A stretch of 64,000 nucleotides of DNA from Candidatus Hodarchaeota archaeon (lineage in GTDB: Archaea; Asgardarchaeota; Heimdallarchaeia; Hodarchaeales; Hodarchaeaceae). The position numbers and the translations under genes are program-made. Numbering within the stretch: position 1 is the stretch's first letter; each line of letters starts with the position of its first letter. The stretch spans positions 1 to 64,000 of the forward strand of contig JAEOTM010000057.1 in NCBI GenBank assembly GCA_016839815.1. Reading direction: 5' to 3'. The notes below the pieces were generated by a model. That model searched no databases and was not told the origin of the DNA. It saw only the letters and a program-made list of their open reading frames with translations. Shown here one piece after another: positions 58,359 through 64,000 of this stretch.

Positions 58359-59768
58359 ATGAACGATGAAAATGATATCTTACTTCGTCAAAGCAAGTGG
58401 AATGGACGTAGAGTAGTTTTATTCTACTGGTTTGCCATTGCCTTTATGGGTACTGCTGTGGCCGTTGGGTTAGGAACCTCAATTCTTGAACCTACATTCA
58501 AGTATGAGGCATTTGACCATAGCACTATCACAGACCCTTGGCATCCTGAAGACTGTTCTCCTTGTCACGATGAAACAATTGATACATGGAACAACACTTG
58601 GCATTCGACCTATGTCGGTGATAAGTTAGTTGTGAATGAAACCCATGTCATCCGCTATGGTAACAATCCCTTCATGCCTCCCAGTGTATGGACACTTGAA
58701 GAGTTTGCTGCCGAAGGCGGTTGCTGTATGGTAACAAGATGGGAAAATACTACCCAACCTGGCGATTTAGAACCTTCTGGTGACTTTTGGGATTATGGTA
58801 TTACCTGTGCTGCCTGTCATGATGAACCTGGAGTTGTTAATGAAGATCCTTCCGTCTGTGCTGGTTGTCACCTTCCTGGTGGAAATCAATACGCAGCGTG
58901 GGCTCAAAGTGCGCACTCTGATTCACTTGAAGATCTTTTGGCAAGTCCAGGTGCATCGTCCTACTGTCTTCATTGTATGGCTGGACAAGGTACCTACGCA
59001 AACTTAACTGGGGTCGATCCTACTGATTCTAGTCTATCAAGTATTTACTGTGCTACCTGTCACGATCCTCATGACGCTTCTACAAACTATGATGAAGCAT
59101 CCGATCATATGGGTCCAAATGGTCATCAATTGAGAGCTGCTACTACTAATGAACTTTGTGGAAAATGTCATAGTCAATATGAGTTTATTTCCTCTACGAG
59201 TCCAATGAGTATCCATAATGACACTCTGTCGTGTACAGATTGTCACGGCTATCGATGGCTCCCAGCATACAATTCTACAGATCGATTCGGAAATCCTGTT
59301 GTAGTTCCAGCTGGCTTTGCAAGTATAAACCATACTTGGGAATTTAGTCCATTCCCTGAGGCTTGTGGTTTATGTCATGGCAATGATAATGCCACAGTTT
59401 ATGCAACCATGGAAGGTTATATCGGTGATGTTGAAACTTTAATCGCGCAGTATGATACACTGTTTGAAAACGTTTCAGCAAAAGTCGATGAAGCCAATGA
59501 TACAAAAGGTGTCGATCAAGCGGAAGTAGACAAAGCCTATGCACTTCTAGATGAAGCGAAAGACTTGGCTAAAGCATATGATACGGCATTCCACAATCCT
59601 GAACTTGCCAAACAAAAAGTACAACTGGCACTGACAAAATTAGATGAAGCATATACCATTGCTGTTGATGCAATGGATGCTGCAGATTCAGCGCCTGGAT
59701 TTGGTTGGATTCTTGGTTTATCTGTATTCGCTGTATTTGCTTTCGTTATTCGTAAGAAACGACGCTAA
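58359..59768 (+). CDS. Surface-anchored multiheme cytochrome c (7 CxxCH + CLHCM + GCCM)
   Basis: CSPCH, CAACH, CAGCH, CATCH, CGKCH, CTDCH, CGLCH; helical C-terminus with FHNP; APGF-TM-RKKRR. Confidence 0.93.
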   Translation: MNDENDILLRQSKWNGRRVVLFYWFAIAFMGTAVAVGLGTSILEPTFKYEAFDHSTITDPWHPEDCSPCHDETIDTWNNTWHSTYVGDKLVVNETHVIRYGNNPFMPPSVWTLEEFAAEGGCCMVTRWENTTQPGDLEPSGDFWDYGITCAACHDEPGVVNEDPSVCAGCHLPGGNQYAAWAQSAHSDSLEDLLASPGASSYCLHCMAGQGTYANLTGVDPTDSSLSSIYCATCHDPHDASTNYDEASDHMGPNGHQLRAATTNELCGKCHSQYEFISSTSPMSIHNDTLSCTDCHGYRWLPAYNSTDRFGNPVVVPAGFASINHTWEFSPFPEACGLCHGNDNATVYATMEGYIGDVETLIAQYDTLFENVSAKVDEANDTKGVDQAEVDKAYALLDEAKDLAKAYDTAFHNPELAKQKVQLALTKLDEAYTIAVDAMDAADSAPGFGWILGLSVFAVFAFVIRKKRR

Positions 59769-59803
59769 GCTAGGGTTGAATAAAAACACTGTACAAGCAC
59801 AAG

Positions 59804-59840
59804 AACAGTCCTTTTGGACTGTTTCTTTTGTTTTTTTTTT
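59804..59840 (+). terminator. Intrinsic terminator after the cytochrome gene
   Basis: AACAGTCC-TTTT-GGACTGTT then a long T-tract. Confidence 0.8.
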
Positions 59841-60044
59841 ATTACTAGTTGGGGACTGTGAGAGTTATTTTCCTATTTTGTTGCTTAAGTCAAAATCCAT
59901 GATTTTGAAGCATGAACAATCGTTCATATGATTTCTCACCCCTAACCTATCAGTAATCAGTACATAAATAAAATCAACAAATATCTTCCCCAATATCGAG
60001 TAAATACACTTTAGAAATTTAAAAATGAAAAAAGATGGAAATCC

Positions 60045-62267
60045 ATGTCGAAGCAATTATCTCTACGTCCTAATAGAAAAGAATGGGCAATATACTCGTT
60101 CCTAACACTCTTCATTCTTGGAGCGTTCCTTCCAAGTTTTCTTACTCTTAATTCCTTTCCAACTACTACTAAATCAGAACTAACCCAGTCCTTAAGTCCT
60201 TTAGATCATCCAGATCGAACATCTATTGATATTCCCTCTTCCTCTTTTAAATTAAGTAAGATTTCTCAAGAAGAACCCGAAGCCTACTTTCCTAACTTTC
60301 TATATTACTCAATTGAAGTAGCAAATGCCATGATCGATCATTTATTTGACAATGACTCTGGTGGATTCTTTACCTCCAAAGATCAGCATTGGCAAGAATC
60401 TAGTGTTAATAGTGAAAAAAAGACCTATGACAATGCTCAGGCAATCCTTGCTCTTCTCAAACTTGCTGATGCAGTGATAAATAACACTGAGCGAGATTTT
60501 GCTCTTGAAATCGCTGATAAAACTGGAACCAACATGATTAATGAATTATATGACACAATTTTTGACGGGTTTTTCTTTAGCCAATCTATTCGTTATAAAA
60601 GGCCTGGTGTGCAAGGTAAAGCCATCCAAGCTCTCCTTTCTCTTGCAGAGGCAACTGGAAATCAAACTTATCGAGATTATGCAGTTAGTACGTTTAATTT
60701 TATGGATAGATATGGTTGGAATAGCACAGATGGCTATTATTACTATATACTTTCACATTCTGGATTTATTCCTGTTGTTAATCCAAGCGCAGAGGATCCT
60801 TACGTTCCTTGGGCTCCAAGAGCAGACCATAATGCCATTTTTGGAGATGCTTTGCTTGATCTTTATGAATATGAATCGAATACAACCTATCTAAATAGAG
60901 CCGTTGATATATACAACTTCTTTAACACTACTTGTCGCAATATGACAAATGGCTTATTTTATACAGGACTTAATAGTACCTATCATGTGGTCGATCCTGA
61001 TAGTGCTGATATCTTCATTAATTCTCTTATCCTTGAGTTTCTCGCCCATTTATATAATGTAACTGGGAACCAAGTGTATTATGATGATTTCTTTCTCCTT
61101 CTAAATAGTGTTCTCTTAAATTACTGGGATCAGAGATATGGGGGTTTTTACGCAACAATTTCTCTGAATACTGGAGGTTCTGTTGATTATAAAAAATATA
61201 CAGAAAGACAATTTTATGCTATCAGAGCATTAGACAGAGCGTACAAACTATCGGATAATAGTTTGTTTTATAATCTCATTTTAGATGCATTAGAATTTCT
61301 TAATGATAAGCTATACGATAATGATCATGGCGGATATTATCAATTATCCAATGAGGATGGGACTGGTGGATTCGAAACATCTTGGAATGATAAGTTTACT
61401 GTTACCCAATCACTCTCCATTTATGCCCTCTCAAATCTATGGCTTTATAGTAAGCCAGGTGTTCTTAATGCATTATGGTCTCCTTCCGCTCCACGGCCAA
61501 CGGATCCTGTAACTATTCTAATTGCTGCATTTGACTCAGATGGAATTTCTAATGTTTTGTTCAACTATTCCATAAATAAGGAGCCATATCATGCAGTCGA
61601 AATGGTTCCCCACTCTTTGGTGGGAAACATGTACAATACATCCTTAGATCCTCACGCTGATAGTACAAGTGTGAATTTCAATATAATTGTTAACGACACA
61701 TTGGGAAACCAAGTTGTTCGTGGCAATTATTTCTTTGTGTGGCAGGCTGATCTTTTTCCTCCGAATGTTGTCGAAATTGGTTTTTTTCCATCATTAGAAA
61801 TCCCTGTACATAAAGAATTTTCGATTACTGTAAGTGCTCAAGATGTTCCTTCTCAAGGAAGAGTTAGGTACGTACGTATACGCTACCATCGCTCGGGTCA
61901 ATCTGAGAAGTCAGAATCCCTTGTACAAATTGATACTCATATTTGGCAGATTACATTCCCAGAAGGTTTACCAACCCCAGGGACTTATGCTTATTACTTT
62001 GAATCCACTGATGATATGTTAAATACTGGGTGGAGTCATAAAAGCTATTTCTATATTCTCGGCCATCAAGAATCCACACCTTTTGAGCTGGTGATTGGTT
62101 TGCTAGCCGTTGTAGGTATTTTTATCCCTGCTGGACTATATACATACGTGGAATATAAGAAAAAAGATGCTCGTAAGACTCTCAAGAGCAGAAGAGAGGT
62201 TAGATATAGAAAACGAAGTACTTCAAGTATAAATAAAAGAACACGACGAGGTACAAAAAGAATATAA
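60045..62267 (+). CDS. Membrane-anchored extracellular alpha/alpha-barrel protein (AGE/GH76-like) with C-terminal beta domains
   Basis: Repeated D...GGF(F/Y) helix-loop units, K.YDNA, many NxS/T sequons, C-terminal TM + basic tail. Confidence 0.7.
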   Translation: MSKQLSLRPNRKEWAIYSFLTLFILGAFLPSFLTLNSFPTTTKSELTQSLSPLDHPDRTSIDIPSSSFKLSKISQEEPEAYFPNFLYYSIEVANAMIDHLFDNDSGGFFTSKDQHWQESSVNSEKKTYDNAQAILALLKLADAVINNTERDFALEIADKTGTNMINELYDTIFDGFFFSQSIRYKRPGVQGKAIQALLSLAEATGNQTYRDYAVSTFNFMDRYGWNSTDGYYYYILSHSGFIPVVNPSAEDPYVPWAPRADHNAIFGDALLDLYEYESNTTYLNRAVDIYNFFNTTCRNMTNGLFYTGLNSTYHVVDPDSADIFINSLILEFLAHLYNVTGNQVYYDDFFLLLNSVLLNYWDQRYGGFYATISLNTGGSVDYKKYTERQFYAIRALDRAYKLSDNSLFYNLILDALEFLNDKLYDNDHGGYYQLSNEDGTGGFETSWNDKFTVTQSLSIYALSNLWLYSKPGVLNALWSPSAPRPTDPVTILIAAFDSDGISNVLFNYSINKEPYHAVEMVPHSLVGNMYNTSLDPHADSTSVNFNIIVNDTLGNQVVRGNYFFVWQADLFPPNVVEIGFFPSLEIPVHKEFSITVSAQDVPSQGRVRYVRIRYHRSGQSEKSESLVQIDTHIWQITFPEGLPTPGTYAYYFESTDDMLNTGWSHKSYFYILGHQESTPFELVIGLLAVVGIFIPAGLYTYVEYKKKDARKTLKSRREVRYRKRSTSSINKRTRRGTKRI

Positions 62268-62285
62268 AACTTTGGAGATATTACA

Positions 62286-64000
62286 ATGATTTACATTGGT
62301 TTTGGAACGTTTGGTATAGATTTAGGGGCGATTATTCTAGTCATCAGCTTAGTTGCGTTTATTCTTGATGCCGTATTTGTCTTACTTGGTAAATATGTTG
62401 AAAAATGGGAAATATATTCTGAGATGAGTTTGTCTACTGGGATGGTTGCCCTTCTCATTGCATTTCTTTATTTCGCTTTTTCTGTCGTGACAAACGATTA
62501 TACCTTTTTCTATGTCAGTGAATATGTAAATAATGATATGGATTTCTTCTTCAAATTATCCGCCCTCTGGAGTGGACAAGCAGGAAGTTATTTCTTTTGG
62601 GCATTCCTTATTGGTGTAGCCTACTATATCTTCAGATTGCTATTTCGTGAATATGCTCATGAACCCCTCTTTTGGCGAGCTTTTGCATTAGCTGCAATTC
62701 AAGTTGCTGTGTTATTGCTGTTAGCTGTAATGAGTAACCCTTTCAAGCTAAATAAATCCATTCGCTCGGATGGACTTGGACTTAATCCCTTTTTAATGAA
62801 TATCTGGAATGTTATTCACCCGCCTGTTATCTTCATTGGATATGCTTTATGTTTAATTCCCATGGTGATCGCTATTGCTCGAATATCACTGCTTGAAGAC
62901 GGAAAGGTTCCTGACTTCGAAGGTAAACAAAAATTGGACTCTTTCTTTGAATTTACAGTCTCTGCTGCTTGGTTAATCTTGAGTTCTGGAATCATTGTTG
63001 GGGGGTACTGGGCATATATTACCCTTGGATGGGGTGGATTCTGGGCCTGGGATCCTGTAGAAACAGCCTCCCTTGTTCCTTGGTTATTTATCACACTCTA
63101 TTATCACGGAAAACCATTTTTACGGAAACATGAATATTTAAATAACTATATTGTCAGTATGAGCTACGTGGGTGCATTATTTGTTACATACATTACACGG
63201 GGTGGAATAATTAATAGTGTCCACGCTTTCGTTCCAGGAGCAGGACTTGAAACAATATTAGAACACCCATTTTCAATCTTGAAAGACATCCCATTCTTGG
63301 ATATACTCCATCCATTACTCAAGGATATTCCTTTTATTCCTAGAAATAGTTTCATTATGAGCTTTATTCTCCGATTCATTCCTGAAGAACGAATATTGAT
63401 TCTTTTCATACTTATTCTTACATCATTTCTCCTTCCTCATATCCTTGGATTTACTAGAAGAGAGATAGGTACAATTCCCAGATTAATTGGAAGAGATGAC
63501 TTAAAAGCTTCTCGTACGCGAATGACTGCCATAAAAATATCGTTTATTGCAGGTTTAATTGGCACTTATGTTATCGTTTTTGCTCTGATTACTCCTGTTA
63601 TCTATGATATGTTGGGATATTTAGTCACACTCAGCAATGATGGTTTCAATGGAAGAATTATCATCGACAAACCGATTTACAATACAATAATTGCAGTGTT
63701 TGGAGGTGCTATGCTACTTGCTCAATTCTTCTGTACGTTTTTCCCACGAATATCCATCAACAGAAAATTCCAATTATTGACTGGAGGAGTCGCTGCAGGT
63801 ATTATTTTCTCTGTTACTGGCTATTTCTATAGGACGGGCTCATTCAAATCTTTCTTTAGCTCTAGTAATCCTATTGTATCCATTTTAAGTAACTTCTGGA
63901 CCTCAAGTGAAAAAGCAAACTTAGTTCTACCCTTAATCATTATTGGGATTATTGGATTAATCTGGGAGTTTATTCAGGTGGCTTTGAAAGAAGAAAAACA
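62286..64000 (+). CDS. ccmF: Cytochrome c synthase CcmF (partial, runs off window end)
   Basis: Not in the ORF track; ATG 62286; LWSGQAGS..FW, GLGLNP, VIHPP..FIGY, WAYITLGWGGFWAWDPVETASLVPW, SVHAF. Confidence 0.93.
   Translation, partial: MIYIGFGTFGIDLGAIILVISLVAFILDAVFVLLGKYVEKWEIYSEMSLSTGMVALLIAFLYFAFSVVTNDYTFFYVSEYVNNDMDFFFKLSALWSGQAGSYFFWAFLIGVAYYIFRLLFREYAHEPLFWRAFALAAIQVAVLLLLAVMSNPFKLNKSIRSDGLGLNPFLMNIWNVIHPPVIFIGYALCLIPMVIAIARISLLEDGKVPDFEGKQKLDSFFEFTVSAAWLILSSGIIVGGYWAYITLGWGGFWAWDPVETASLVPWLFITLYYHGKPFLRKHEYLNNYIVSMSYVGALFVTYITRGGIINSVHAFVPGAGLETILEHPFSILKDIPFLDILHPLLKDIPFIPRNSFIMSFILRFIPEERILILFILILTSFLLPHILGFTRREIGTIPRLIGRDDLKASRTRMTAIKISFIAGLIGTYVIVFALITPVIYDMLGYLVTLSNDGFNGRIIIDKPIYNTIIAVFGGAMLLAQFFCTFFPRISINRKFQLLTGGVAAGIIFSVTGYFYRTGSFKSFFSSSNPIVSILSNFWTSSEKANLVLPLIIIGIIGLIWEFIQVALKEEK

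Noticed and set aside
58359-59768. Calling the cytochrome NrfA or hydroxylamine oxidoreductase
   Set aside because: It has a similar FHNP helical tail but no CxxCK, and its heme count and spacing differ; function left open.
4307-63409. Many short antisense or alternate-frame ORFs in the track (e.g. 4307-4507, 13978-14388, 17786-18157, 51020-51433, 62816-63094)
   Set aside because: They overlap well-supported genes and have no recognisable motifs; treated as shadow ORFs.

Overview
AT-rich, gene-dense archaeal chromosome segment. It is most likely Asgard (Heimdallarchaeia/Hodarchaeales-like); this is an inference from Mvh/Hdr content, PGF-type C-terminal sorting signals, T-tract terminators and GGAGG/GGTGA ribosome-binding sites. 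Almost all of it is a redox and energy-metabolism region. (1) 1-8.7 kb: a divergent radical SAM/SufR-like/CGGC operon and a DUF134-NifX-NifX-ATPase-ATPase-CDF-ZIP operon, separated by three 20-bp palindromes at an exact 23-bp period. Both lead genes lack ATG/GTG/TTG starts. (2) 9.7-33.7 kb: three different heterodisulfide-reductase-like systems. The first is a Qmo-like membrane complex among sulfur-relay genes (3 TusA, DsrE, YeeE, OsmC). The second is a cytoplasmic MvhGA-HdrA/MvhD-HdrCB [NiFe] group 3c system. The third is an HdrD-HdrA(double)-MvhD-QmoC-like operon divergent from gcvH. (3) 33.7-39.5 kb: ccmC-ccmD-ccmA-ccmB, a SufR-like regulator and a DOMON + cytochrome b pair. (4) 40-57 kb: CBS-korAB-CBS, msrB/msrA, a TetR/MDR unit, an OPT transporter and an E1alpha/beta pair without E2/E3. 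(5) 57-64 kb: a surface-anchored multiheme cytochrome c with 7 CxxCH plus two Met-type motifs (CLHCM, GCCM), followed by an alpha/alpha-barrel surface protein and ccmF. Two degenerate copies of gene 3' ends are present. No rRNA, tRNA, CRISPR array, transposase, integrase or reverse transcriptase was seen.
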